DNA of 64,000 bases, taken from NCBI RefSeq assembly GCF_004010195.1, contig NC_057711.1, forward strand, positions 72,505,175 through 72,569,174. Reading direction: 5' to 3'. The notes beneath the pieces were generated by a model, which had not been told where the DNA came from, made no database searches, and saw only the letters and a program-made list of their open reading frames with translations. The first letter of the stretch is position 1; the number at the start of each line of letters is the position of its first letter. Position numbers and translations under genes: made by a program. This stretch comes from Chiloscyllium plagiosum (taxonomy: Eukaryota). Positions 25,844-38,155 of the stretch are shown piece by piece.

Positions 25844-26600
25844 GAGGCCTGTGACCAGTGGAGTGCCACAAGGATTGGTGTTGGATCCACTACTTTTAGT
25901 CATTTACATAAATGATTTGGATGTGAGCTTAAGAGGTATAGTTAGTAAGTTTGCTGATGACACCAAAATTAGAGGTGCAGTGTACGGCGAAGAATTTTAC
26001 CTCAGATTACAATGGGATCTTGATCAGATGGGCCAATGGGCTAAGGAGTGGCAGATGGAGTTTAATTTAGATAAATGCGAGGTGCTGCATTTTGGGAAAG
26101 CAAATCTTAGCAGGACTTACACACTGAATGGTAAGGTCCTGGGGAGTGTTGCTGAACAAAGAGACCTTGGAGNNNNNNNNNNNNNNNNNNNNNNNNNNNN
26201 NNNNNNNNNNNNNCCTGGAGCGTAGGAGGCTGAGGGGTGACCTTATAGAGGTTTACAAAATCATGTGGGGCATGGATAAGATAAGTAGACAAAGTCTTTT
26301 CCCTGGGGCAGGGGACTCCAGAACTAGAGGGCATAGATTTAGGGTGAGAGAGGAAAGATATAAAAGGGACCAAAGGGGTAACTTTTCCACAGTGGTGCAT
26401 GTATGGAATGAGCTGGCAGAGGAAGTTGTGGAGACTGGTACAATTGCAACATTTAAAAGGAATCTGGATGAGTATATAAATAGGAAGGGTTTGGAGGGAT
26501 ATGGGCCGGGTGCTAGCAGGTTGGGTTGGGATATCTGGTCAGCATGGGTGAGTTGGACTGAACTGTAAATCTGTTTCCGTGCTGTACATCTCTCTGACTC
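25844..26600 (+). mobile_element. HER1/CR1 3' portion (contains N gap 26173-26213)
   Basis: VTSGVPQGLVLDPLL..YINDL..SKFADDTKI; C-terminal RRLRGDLIEVYKIM. Confidence 0.92.
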
Positions 26601-26851
26601 CAGAACTACAGAATGGTCCATTATAGCCCTGATGGAACCATGAGCAGCATTGTATCATCATTCTGCCTTAATTTGAGAGTTTCATAGAATTATAATCAGC
26701 CTTGTTTAAAGGAGTAGAACTTGTCTCCCAGTAGCCACCCCTGCATTGTTCGAGAATCCTGGGAGGCATGAACCTGTGTGTTGCCATTATGTACATATCT
26801 TGGCAGCTTTCAGGGTATTTGGTGCACACCTTCTGAATCAATAGTTACAGA

Positions 26852-27503
26852 TGTTACGGAGTAAACCGAACCCCCTCAATATATATTCAGAAGATAGTCA
26901 AGAGCCAAACATTTTCTTATTTTCAAGATACGTGTCAGATATTGCTTTCCAGATGCAATTGAATTGGTCAAACTACTCAACGTTAAGCAAAACACACTTT
27001 ATTAATACACTATAGTTAAAATACAACAAAAAGGCAGAAATTGGAATAACGTAACTCTATTGGAAAACTTAACAGAATAAAAAGTTGGTTAACTACTAAA
27101 CACTAACTGTTCCAATACAGTAATATCCCATAAACACACCTTTGGCAAAGGCAAATGCAATAAAATTGATTGTCTCACAGACAATTCTCCATTCCAGGAA
27201 GAAAAGCATCAAAAGAAAACTCTGAGAGAATAGAAGGGAGAGGTGTACTGCAGTTTCCAAACCCAGCTAAAAGATCCCAGCTACAACTGCTACTGAGAAA
27301 TTAAAACTAAAAATGCTGGCTGTGGGGGAGCTTGATCCACCTATTTAGGCTGCTTCTACTGTCCAACTCTTCAAAAAAAAACTGCAAGGTCTCACAAGCT
27401 GTTTACTTTACTGGATTCAAATAGACAGCTCATCGCTTCTATCTTAAAACCTCGCTTAGAAAAAAGGACAAAATACACCTCTTAAAGCCATAGTACTGCC
27501 ACA
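26852..27503 (-). mobile_element. Solo LTR (652 bp)
   Basis: TGT...ACA termini, 4-bp TSD CAGA (26848-26851 / 27504-27507), AATAAA on minus at 26998-27003; removing it re-joins the Harbinger motif QLICNY. Confidence 0.85.
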
Positions 27504-28719
27504 CAGATGAGCTGCATGTTGATGGAGTGGGAGCCTTTTCAATTGATGAACTCTGCAGGTTGGTGATAGAGTTTAGGGAAAGCTGCTTGGGTACAGTTTC
27601 TTGTGCCCTGTGTCTGAGAAAATCAACGATGTTGGAGAATCGCAGAGCCTGAGCTACTTGAATTTCCTTGTCATGGGGAAGATGATAATCTGGTGAAATA
27701 TGGATAAAACGGCATCAGTGGCTTTCCAGCTCCATTTGCAGAGTGAGGATTAGTAGATGCTGCATAGGTCCTTAGATGCTTCTTGGGTTAAAATTCAGGG
27801 CATCAGGATAGGAGGACCACCCTTTTCTTTCTGAGCTTAGGTCCTGCTCTAACAGAGAGTATAGGCCTGTAGCGATGGTCCCAGATATCCTGAGTCTGCA
27901 CCTACATTGTGTTTCTCAGAGCTACAGGTAATGATAAAGAGGTCAGGAGTGCTTCTCACCCATTGTTGAGTATTCAGCTGCATGTTCTCCCTCTGGAAGC
28001 TGTGTGGCAACCTTTGTTCTTGTTGGGCTTGACGATAATGCTCCAACTGCTGCCTTTTTTGATGTCTATTGGTCAGCAACAGAAATAGATATCCTCCCAT
28101 CTCAGATGAGTGATCAGATAATTTATGAGGATTGTTGGAAATAGAACAGTACTCAGGAGCCCCCCATGTTCATCACAATTAAACCGAATGTTATGGCATC
28201 ATACATTTTCTCATGGATGCTTCACATTCACAAGGAAGCTAACATCATGTTTCAATAAAGAGCTTGGAGCTCTGTAATCTTATGCAATCGTATGTTGTTG
28301 AGCCACAGTGTCAATGTGACATTGGATAACCTAAATGCAGACATTTTTCCATTGTGATACCAACTCTATCAAAACATTACTACCCATCCATGTCATAGAA
28401 CATGTAGTTGCAGTTAACGATGAGAACCTGAAGCATTGTCTTTAAGCATAAGGAATGAAAAATGTTGCAGAATTGGCCGAGCCAGGTAAGAAATTTAAGT
28501 TTGCATTTGCATAGCTTTGCATCTGATTTGACAAAGGGTCAATTGATGCAACATATGTAATGCTCATAACTTATAGAGGTCATAATTTGTAATGGTCATT
28601 GTTACTATGATCTTTCAAAGGAATCCATTTGATGACAGAACAGTGGATACATCCTGATTGAGTTTGTTTGAAGAAGTGACAAAGAAAATTTGTGTAGGCA
28701 GAACTGTAGATGTTGGAGT

Positions 28720-29213
28720 CATCATTGCCTCCAGCAACAGACCTCCCTCCGCATCCTCCAGGTCTCCAGCATCTGCAGTCCTCACTTTCTCCAAGTTGAT
28801 CTTAACCTACTGCGAATCCTCTTGCAAGGATGCCTACCTTGAAGAAGCTCTCCTCCTCCCTCTACAAGGATCTCAGTGAGTCCCTCTCTCACTGCACCCC
28901 CCAGGTCATCTCCTCTGCCCTGAAGCTCTTCAGCCACGTCCTGAAACAGACTCGCTACCACAGCCACATCTCTTTCCTCAGCACCTGCCTATGGAACCGA
29001 CTGACCCCGCATGGACTCCGGACTGCATTCAGACCAACGCAATTTGGACCCAACCAGGACAACCAGTACCTGCAACAAATCCGAAGCTTCCAGCAATGGA
29101 CTTCCCTCTGGATCCTCCATTCCTGAAGAAGGGCTTATGCCCGAAACATCGATTCTCCTGCTCCTCGGATGCTGCCTGGCCTGCTGTGTTTTTCCAGCAC
29201 CATATTTTTCAGA
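28720..29213 (+). mobile_element. Penelope-like 5' fragment: pseudo-LTR end, ORF N-terminus, then hammerhead-bearing pseudo-LTR
   Basis: ccagcatctgcagtcctcactttctcc precedes MPTLKKL..TRYHSHISFLSTCLWNRLTPHGL (H..FL..C....L.P.GL motif typical of PLE N-termini); CTGAAGA..GAAAC at 29123-29147. Confidence 0.75.
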
Positions 29214-29280
29214 ACTTGTCTATGTGGTCTTCAGCACAGTGTTTGACAAGGTTCTGCATGGTAGACTGGTTAGCAAGGTT

Positions 29281-29604
29281 TTTTAGATTTTTTTAGATTA
29301 GATTACATTACAGTATGGAAACAGGCCCTTCGGCCCAACAAGTCCACACCGACCCGCCAAAGCGAAACCCACCCATACCCCCACATTTACCCCTTTCCTA
29401 GCACTAGGGGCAATTTAGTATGGCCAATTAACCTGGCCCTGCACATCTTTGGACTGTGGGAGGAAACCGGAGCACCCGGAGGAAACCCACGCAGACACGG
29501 GGAGAACGTGCAAACTCCACACAGTCAGTAGCCTGAGGCGGGATTTGAACCCAGGTCTCTGGTGCTGTGAGGCAGCAGTGCTGACCACTGTGCCACCGTG
29601 CCGC
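29281..29604 (-). mobile_element. HE1-type SINE, full length
   Basis: On minus: GCGGCACGGTGGCACAGTGG A-box, GGTTCAAATCC B-box, (TAATC)n-type tail. Confidence 0.93.
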
Positions 29605-29721
29605 ACTAACATGTAGTTATCATGTTTCAATTGAATATAATTAGCTAGAATAAAATGGAGGAGCCAAATTATAAGGCTTTCTCAAGTGGAAGAGAATTTT
29701 TAATCCATATCACCTCTGAGA

Positions 29722-29961
29722 AAGTCCACACTGACCCGCCGAAGCGCAACCCACCCATACCCCTACATTTACCCCTTACCTAACACTACGGGCAACTTAG
29801 CATGGCCAATTCACCTGAAATGTACATCTTTGGACGGTGGGAGGAAACCGGAGCACCGGAACGTGCAAACTCCACACAGTCAGTCGCCTGAGGCGGGAAT
29901 TGAACCCCGGTCTCTGGCGCTGTGAGGCAGCAGTGCTAACCACTGTGCCACCGTGCCGCCC
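29722..29961 (-). mobile_element. HE1-type SINE, 3' truncated
   Basis: Intact head with A and B boxes; stops before the tail. Confidence 0.9.
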
Positions 29962-31754
29962 GGTGGTTAGATCACATGGAATCCCGGAAACTAGCCAATT
30001 GGATATGAAATTAGCTTGAAGGTAGGAGACAGAGGTTGGTGGTAGAGGATTGTTTCTCACACTGGAGACCTGTGACCAGTGGTGTACCATAAGGATTAGT
30101 GGCAGGTACACTGCTTGTTGTCATTTACATAAATGATTTGGATGTTAATATAGAAGGTGTGGTGAGTAAGTTTGCAGAAGACAGCAAAATTGATGGTGTA
30201 GTGGACAGAGAAAAAGATTATCTCAGAGTACAACAGGATTTTGATCAGATGGGTCAATGGGCTAAGGAGTGACAGATGGAATTTAATTTAGATAAATTAG
30301 AGGTGTTACATTTTGGAAAGGCAAATCAGTGTAGGACTTATACACTTAACAGTAAGGTCCTGGAGAGTATTGCTGAACAAGGAGACTGAGGATTGCAGGT
30401 TCATATTCTTTGAAAGTGGAGCTGCAAGTAGAGATGAAGAAGGCAATTGGTACTGTTGACTTCATTGGTCAGCGCATTGAGTATAGGAGTTGGGAGGTCA
30501 TGGTGGGCCACTTTTGGAATATTACATTCAATTCTGGTCTCCCTGCTTTAGGAAAGATGCTGTTCAAAGGGTTCAGAAAAGTTTATACAAGGGCATTGTT
30601 GGGATTGGAGGGTTTGAGCTATAGGGAGCGGCTGAAAAGGCTGAGGGGTAACCTTTTAGAAGTTTATACAATCATGAGGGGCACAGATAAAATGAGTAGC
30701 CAAGGTCATTCTCGCAGGATGGGGGCGTCCAAAACTAGAGAGCATTGGTTTAAGGTTAAGAGAGGAAAGATTTAAAAGTGACCTGAAGGGCAACATTTTC
30801 ATGCAGAGGACGGTGTGTCCATGGAATGAGCTACCTGAAGAGTTGTTGGAGGCTGGTAGAATTATAAAATTTAAAAAGAATCTGAAGATAAACATGGGTA
30901 GGAAGGGTTTGGAGAGATACAGGCCTAATGGAACTATATCAGCTTCAGATATTTGGTCGGCATGGGCAAGTTGGACCAGAGGGCCTGTTTCTGTGCTGTA
31001 CAACTCTATGTATCTATGACATGATTAATACAATTGTTCCTAGCAGTGCCTCATGTGAAAATCATTGCAGTCTGCCCTGAAGAGAAAAGAATAGCAACTT
31101 ACATGTCAAGCACTATATATGAAGTGGAAGCCATTTTGTCTCCTGATTGCCCAATTGAGTTTAATGTGCAGATGGCAATTTTTCAGCTTCATTGCCTTGT
31201 GTGTGACAGCTCTGCCTACACCTAATGATGATCTCCACATCCTTTATGATCCTTTATTTATCTCTCATGAGCCTTCAGCCTCCCCTGTTTCCCATCAGTG
31301 CCCCTATATCATTCCACACTAAGCCTCCAAGCCCTTGGCTTTGTGAATTACCACGCACTTGCTGTCCATTAACTCTCCTCATATTGTGAATAAGATAATA
31401 GTAAATTGTGGAAAATTCACTCCAAATCATGCCACAACTCCCCTTCTTCACCAAAGCTGTATGTGATCCCCCCATGCAACCTGACATTTTCCCGTTTCAC
31501 TGTCCTTATTTCCTCAGCTATTCAGTCTACTGAACTCCGATCTCACTCTTGAGTATCCCATTTTCCCCAGGACTGCAAGGACATCCCCAAATAATGAGTT
31601 GCCCTTAGACTGACTTTGGAGGACAGCCCCACCTGAGCATGGATGAGAGTCACATTAGCAACCCAATAGATGAACCTGTGAATTCTGGACTAGTTGAACT
31701 CAACTTGCAAAAGTGTCAGTGGCCCAATTCCTAGGCTGCAATGGCATTGATGTT

Positions 31755-32533
31755 AGTCAAGAGTGTGGTGCTGGAAAAGCACAGCAGGTCAGGCAGCATC
31801 CGAGGAGCAAGAAAATCGACGTTTCGGACAAAAGCCCTTCATCAGGAATGAGGCTGGGGGCGGGTAGGGCTGAGGAAAGCGGTCTGCCAGTAAGCGTCCT
31901 GTCTCCCCAATGTAGAGGAGACCACATTGGGAGCAACGGATACAGTAGCACAGAGCACTTCAGAGAACATTTCTGGGACACCCGCACAAACCAACCCCCA
32001 ATGCTCTGTGGCCGAAAACTTCAACTCCCCCTCCCACTCTGTAGAAGACATGCAGGTTCTGGGCCTCCTCCAACACCATTCCCTTACCATCCAATGTCTG
32101 GAGGAAGTACGCCTCATCTTCTGCCTTGGAACCCTCCAATCCCAGGGCATCAATGTGGACTTCACCAGTTTCTTCATTTCCCTCCCCCCCCACAATACCC
32201 TAGTTCCAACCTTCCAGCTCTCTCAGCATCATCCTCATGACCAGTCCCATCTGTCTATTTTCCTTCCCACCCATCTGCACCACATCCCTCTCTGACCTAT
32301 CACCTTTACCCCCACCTCATCCACCTACTATGCTCTCAGCTACCTTCCCCCCTGCTCCACCTCCGTCCCATTTATCTCTCCACCTTGAGGCTCCCAGCCT
32401 CATTCCTGATGAAGGGCTTTTGTCTGAAAAGTCGGTTTTCCTGCTCCTCGGATGCTGCCTGACCTGCTGTGCTTTTCCAGCACCACACTCTCGACTCTAA
32501 TCTCCAGCGTCTGCAGTCCTCACTTTCGCCCTC
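31755..32533 (+). mobile_element. Penelope-like insertion: inverted pseudo-LTR, GIY-YIG C-terminal remnant, pseudo-LTR
   Basis: EHFREH..VAENFNSPSHSVEDMQVLGL..LEEVRLIFCLGTLQSQGINVDF; inverted arms at about 31760-31860 and 32395-32495; imperfect TSD caatggcattgat / caatgacattgat. Confidence 0.9.
31814..31849 (-). ncRNA. Minimal hammerhead ribozyme motif, core intact
   Basis: AUUC-CUGAUGA-A-GGGC(UUUU)GUCC-GAAAC-GUC-GAUU (one G-U wobble in stem II). Confidence 0.6.
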
Positions 32534-34091
32534 CAATGACATTGATCCTGGGACTCCAGTCAGGCCAAATGCCTGACTGATTATAGTCAATTCCCAGACA
32601 GAGATCAAATGAGTTCCTTGACTAAGTGTAGTGGCAAAACATTACTGATCATAGACCCCTTCACACCACTAAAGATGGTCCCCTTTGACTTTTAGACATA
32701 ACTATTTGGTTGAAGTACATGCAGTGTGTTTGCTGTGTGAACTGTTGGCACATGCTGTACATGAGCCACTGACGTAGGTCATATAGCAAAATGCCTATCT
32801 CCTTAAATATTCAGTGCTCTGGGCAGTGACTACCTATTTAACAAACTGAATGGGCTTATCCTACTCATGGATCTATCTTCTCTACCTAACTAGGATTAAT
32901 TATTAATCTTGGCATTTCTTCTCTCCAATCTAGGACATTATTATTTCACAGAAGCATGGGGCAGACATTTCCCAGCCTTGGAATGATGTGGGCATTGATG
33001 TGAATACTGGGAAACAACCATGAGGCTGAACACATGAGATACTTGACATTGAGAAAGAAAAAGTCAATTTTTTTCTCTTAAGATTTTAACAGCTGAATGA
33101 AAATCCTGCAACTGAGTGGCAAGGGAACTATCTGCATGTATTAACATTTCATTATTATCTAACCTTGCTTCATTCATTTGTAGGTTGTTTTTTTCCCAGG
33201 AACCAGAGAGAAACTGGACAGCACCAATTCCCAACATAAACCCACGGGTGGTTACCTGATGGCTGCGGCATGCCAGTGCCTTTTTGGGAGATCGGTATTG
33301 GTCAGTATTCCCAACTACCTCACGGGACATGGGCAGCAAACATCTTCACAGTCTGTTCATGAAGATTGGTGTTGGCAAAGGATCATTCTCACCATACTGT
33401 CATGGGAAATCTTGGACTAATGTATAATATAATTAAGCAATTCCATAATGCACTTTGGAGCTTATCAATGTCTTTCATTGTAATGCTGTTGCCAGGCCAT
33501 TTGCACAAAGGGACAAACACTCATCTCAGGCATCAAAATAGGGTGTACCTTCAGCCTTTTGGCTTGCTTACGTAGGACGAACTCGGTGCTTAGTTTGATG
33601 CTCATGTCATCTCTGCCTTGACTTGCCCTGTGTTTTAATACAGACAGAAAGCTGGGCAGTCTGTCATATTTGCCGACAATGAATGATTCAAGGGGTGGAT
33701 TTGTTATGTATGGGACCCTACTTAAATACCACACTTCCGGCATTTGGCAGCACCCTACACAGCAACACTCTTTATTGGCGTCAAGCAAATCAATCAATGA
33801 AGTGGCCACGCCTGAAAGTCTGAGAAGAGCATTTCTTAGTCAAGTCAAGGCAGAACATGTCAGTTAGGGGATTGGTCCATCCTCAGGTTTCCCAAATAAG
33901 TAAGTAAGAAATCCAGAAGGCAGAAGGGTTAGATGGGGTGAGTGAGAGCTTTGAGGGAAGATGATCCATGCAATATTGAGAGTTGCAATCCATGAGTCTT
34001 AGCGAGATACATGTGCAGTGGCAGAATTAGAGCTAATCAGAGAATTAGGTGGCCCGATGAGTTTGAGGAATCAGAGAGAAGTGGCACTTAC

Positions 34092-34314
34092 CTTTGAGGA
34101 GCACAGAAAATCACTGACCTTCTTCCTTCACTGCTGTTTTTTACCCAGGATACAACACTAACCTGGAGAGCCATCTCAATCCAGGCTTGTTGAGACTGGT
34201 GGCTTAGCCTTCTTTGGTGATCAGTGATATAAAGCACAGCCCTTCTCTCTGTCGTCCCATCCCAACAGCACTGCCAGGTCCCTGACAACTAGGCAATTTC
34301 CCTTGAAGGGCCAT
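34092..34314 (-). pseudogene. Harbinger Myb/SANT ORF first exon remnant
   Basis: MALQGK..DLAVLL..ERRAVLY..QQAWIEMALQVSVVS..QQ*RKKVSDF then AAG|GTAAGT; a TIR-like end GAGCAGAATATTCCC lies near 34577. Confidence 0.75.
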
Positions 34315-35479
34315 GTCCTCAGTGATAAAAGTCGAGCCCTACTGTGCAAAGGGTAGATTTTGAAGTGGTACACAGCCAGGCTTGAAGTACGGCACCCGCA
34401 TCTGAATGCCTTGGCAGTGATGAGCACTTCCACCTTTCCTGCCATGTGATTCATGAGAGGAATGTGCAATTAATTAATGAGGTGAAGAGTGAAAGATTGT
34501 GAGAGACAAGTTGTCATGAGCCATGATGGACTAAGTGCCATGAAAACGTGTTGCTCCAAATGGGAATATTCTGCTCATAGATTTTTATTCCTGAAAGCAA
34601 GAGAACTACAGAGAACAAATGAAAGCAAGTTCCTAATTCTCATTATAAATTAAATGTTACCTTGAATATGCTCAGTTTTCTGCAAAATGTCAGCCTTAAT
34701 GTATATGCAGCTCCAGCCTGGCACAGAAAATTGTTCAAATATTCACCTTCATCGCATGCCACCTCACTCCCTGGTGTGTTGTAACCTGAAATAAACATTC
34801 TCATTCATTATTGCCTAATTAGACAAGTGCTTGTTTTTGCATCCTGAACCCAGGTCAGTGAGACAGGTTAGCTCATGAAGCCACTTAGAAATTCTGATGA
34901 GATGGCCTTATTGCCATTCTTCCCAGCATTCATTCTAATACTTTGATCAGTAATCACTATCACAACACACCAACTGTGTGGATAAAAGAGAAAAATGAAT
35001 AAAAATCAAAATACCAATGAGATAAATTTATAAAGGCATGTACATGTAACGGTATGGAGTAACGCACTGCAGATTTGATGCACTATTCACTAAAATTTAG
35101 TTATATTTAGCTGATCCATGTTTAGCAAGCAGATAATCAAAGCATAGCAGAGTACTGTTCAGTCTTCATCCGTAATTTTTACAGTGAAATGAAGACAAAA
35201 TGAAAATGCCATGGTTTGTGGAGATTACCTTATCTAGTCTTTGATCTTGCCATTTTAAGGACAAACTGTTTAAATAGCATGTTTGTCAAAAATAAATTAA
35301 CAAGGGCAAGGCGTAACTAACATCTTTCCTGCTGTGAAGAATACAACTTTTACTTTTGTTGACAAATAAAATACAGTAAATTATACCACCACCACAAATC
35401 AGAGAATTTCAATACTGCGTTGCTCTGATTGTGTAATTAACCAGACAATAAAAAAACTGCTTTTTGCATTTCCTCTGCA

Positions 35480-36000
35480 TCCAAGACAACTCCCTTTGTC
35501 GACTCCAGGTGCAAAATCTACAACTTGACAAAATGTTGTGGTACACCCTTTCTGGGCTACACTGCACAGATCTGCTGGAGTGTTCCAGGTATCAAAACCT
35601 CATCTTAAGTAGGCCATTGGTCTGTTCCAGAATGGCCTTGTAAAAGCATTGGCAGCATTCCAACTTCCTTCTGCATTAGTCAAAATATAATGAGCCATCT
35701 TTGTGAAACTGTAGTCAGTGTCTCCCAACAGTCATTGCTATATATGTTGAGGACATTGGAAAGGAGCAGAAAACTGTATGTCCCAGTATGTATCCATCAT
35801 TGCAGCTCTTAGGATATCTTTCTCAAATTTCCAAAATCTGACATTGGTGCTCAGAGATAAGTTAAACATTAATGAACTGGAAGCCTTAATTTACATTGGA
35901 TGTCAATAAGGAGCTTTGAGGTATGTAATCTCATCTGGATGAATGTTGCAGAATCAAAGTGCTAATGCTACAACGGGCGCATGAAATTCTGGTATTAATC
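35480..36000 (-). pseudogene. Decayed Harbinger transposase C-terminal half
   Basis: GFQFINV*LI..RYPKSCNDGYIL, TNAEGSWNAANAFTR, ILEQTNGLLKMRF*YLE..QCSPERV. Confidence 0.75.
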
Positions 36001-38155
36001 CAACATTCCTCTCCTGGAAAATGCTACCCTTACAAATCATAGACCATGTCCTTGCATCCTTACAGTTCAGTATGTGAATGTAGCAGAACTACCTTCCAGC
36101 ATCAGGTATGGAACATGATTGAGAAATGGTAAAATGCAGTAAGTTAGCACCTGATTACATTTTCTCATCTGACGTGCCAAGAATGCAATTAGTACACATT
36201 ATGCAATATTCATGATTGCTTAAGGATATAGTTTTTAAGTATTCATTCTTGCAGAAAGAATGACCCATCAATGAATTGCAATTTAATAGCAGGTGAGGGG
36301 AAGTCCTGAATCAGTGAATGAATAATTAATGCAATTGTCCGTGACAGGTCTTCAAATTCAAAATATTATACATTATTCTTGAAGAGAAAAATAATAACTG
36401 ACTTTATCCTCTCCACTTGACATGATGACCAATTTGGCTCAATATTATGCAGCTGACTTTGGATCAAAGATGGTAACATTTCAACTGACTTGGTAGGGTA
36501 GCTGAACTGAGAATCGCTCACCCCTGAAGGTGATGCTTCTCGTATTGTATTCCCAGGATTGGTTGCACTGACCATGGACCATTGCCCAGTTGGAAAAGAT
36601 GCAAATTCCATGAGTCTGGTAGAAACAAGCGCTAATTGAGTGGCCAAATCTCTCGATTGAAATCAAGTGACCAATTGGCTGCCGGTGGTGACATGATCTG
36701 AGTGACCTCACTGAAGTCTAATCCCCTTTAATTTTCAGACGTGATCATTTACTTGAAGCACATGCCACATAAGCTTCTGGAACATGCTGTCAGGGTGACA
36801 ATGATGTAACATGGTGCTGTGCAACCACACATCCACCCTTTTGACTGTTCCATGTTTTGAACAATGGCAAGCTGCTCCCCACTCACTAAAAAGTAATGCA
36901 AGCCATAAATACTGACAAGCTTGTAACTTAGTCATGATGAGCTTATGTGCTGAAAAGTGATGGATACCACAGACCTGGCAGCATCCAAGTAAGTGCAAAG
37001 TGAATGAGCTGTAACAGAGTAAGATGCATCATCTGTAGATACAGGAGATATGAGGGTATTCCTGTGGACAAAGTGGCCGAGCATTTGTATGCATGTGCTA
37101 AGTGTCTCTGTGCTGTGGTATGAAGTCCTGAAGGGCTGAAATGATGTGAGAGTTTTCAAAAGCAGCGATCCCAATGTGGTGAGGCTGGTGCTGACTTGTG
37201 AAGGTAAAGGGTGGATGAAGCTGGTACTGATGGAGTCTGCAGGGACATTGTGGTGTCGAAGAAAAGGAAGCAGTGAGCTGCTGTTACCAGGTAATCACTC
37301 TGATTTTCATATCGGAATTTATTGCTCTATGGGTATTGGTGTGTGGATACAGCAAAAAAGAACAATGAGATTTGCAATGTCCAATTTCCCTCTTCAGGTT
37401 AAAAATCAGCAAGTTCAGAATTTCACTAATGATTGGCAACTGCTTTACTTCCATGCAGTTGCACCTCATAATTAGCTAAATTCACCTCATTCCTCTGTAG
37501 CTCCCAACGTCTCCTTCCTGAGAAAATGGACAACACCAACTCTAACACATCATCACGGCTGCTTTCAGACCAACTCCTCACCATCTCAATCCTTCAGAAC
37601 TTCACTTTGGAGCTCAGAAACACCTATGACTTAAATATTTCTACCAGGTTACTTTGCATACGGACAGACACACATCTACTACATCTATATAAGATACTTC
37701 TGTACAAACATCAAAACACGCATCTTTCGGCTCTAAGCTTGTTTCCTTACTGCTCACCCACTTTACCACTTAGCCGGAGGCTCTGATCATTTTATTTTTC
37801 TTTTTGAGCACACAGGGTCATTGGTGCTCAGTTACAGACTGGCTGCCTTTGTGGCTTGCATTGCTTTCCAGCCCTATGGCAACATGTGATAGTGGGGAAC
37901 ACTGAACTTTCAATTTTTTAGTCATGAGCTCTTTTATGTTGCTATGCTACATCAATGTCAGACCTGCAGCGTTGCCAGCAGTGTACATGGCAAACACACT
38001 GCATGTACTTGAAGTGAATGTGATGTGCAAAAGTCAAAGGGAACCAATCCTTTGTGAGGTGAAGGGTGTCTGCAGTCAGTTGGAGGTGGGGTTCTGCCAC
38101 AGTCACTCAAGAGGTTCATCTAATGGCAATACAGGAGTTGTCCATGATCAGTCAA

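Larger units (their letters stand above)
25640..28100 (-). pseudogene. Harbinger (HARBI1-type) transposase split by a CR1 and a solo LTR
   Basis: In order on minus: ATG at 28100, QCRCRLRIS, FIN*KGSHSINMQLICN, KVCTKYPESCQD, GWLLGDKFY, YNAAHGSIRAIMDHSVVL|LRMGFETLD. Confidence 0.85.
28650..31020 (+). mobile_element. CR1/HER1 RT to 3' end, interrupted by a PLE and two HE1 SINEs
   Basis: LFEEVTKKI..V, FSTVFDKVLHGRLVSKV, SKFAEDSKI, C-terminal domain and ctctatgtatctatga tail. Confidence 0.85.

Noticed and set aside
20795..28480. GGCC-starting candidate TIRs for the large Harbinger fossil
   Set aside because: The match extends only a few bases and no TSD could be confirmed
33200..33427. Possible selenocysteine read-through at an in-frame TGA
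   Set aside because: No resemblance to selenoprotein families I know and no SECIS recognised
34891..34925. CTGATGA followed by a hairpin (possible hammerhead or C/D box)
   Set aside because: No GAAA after the stem and no convincing D box or terminal stem
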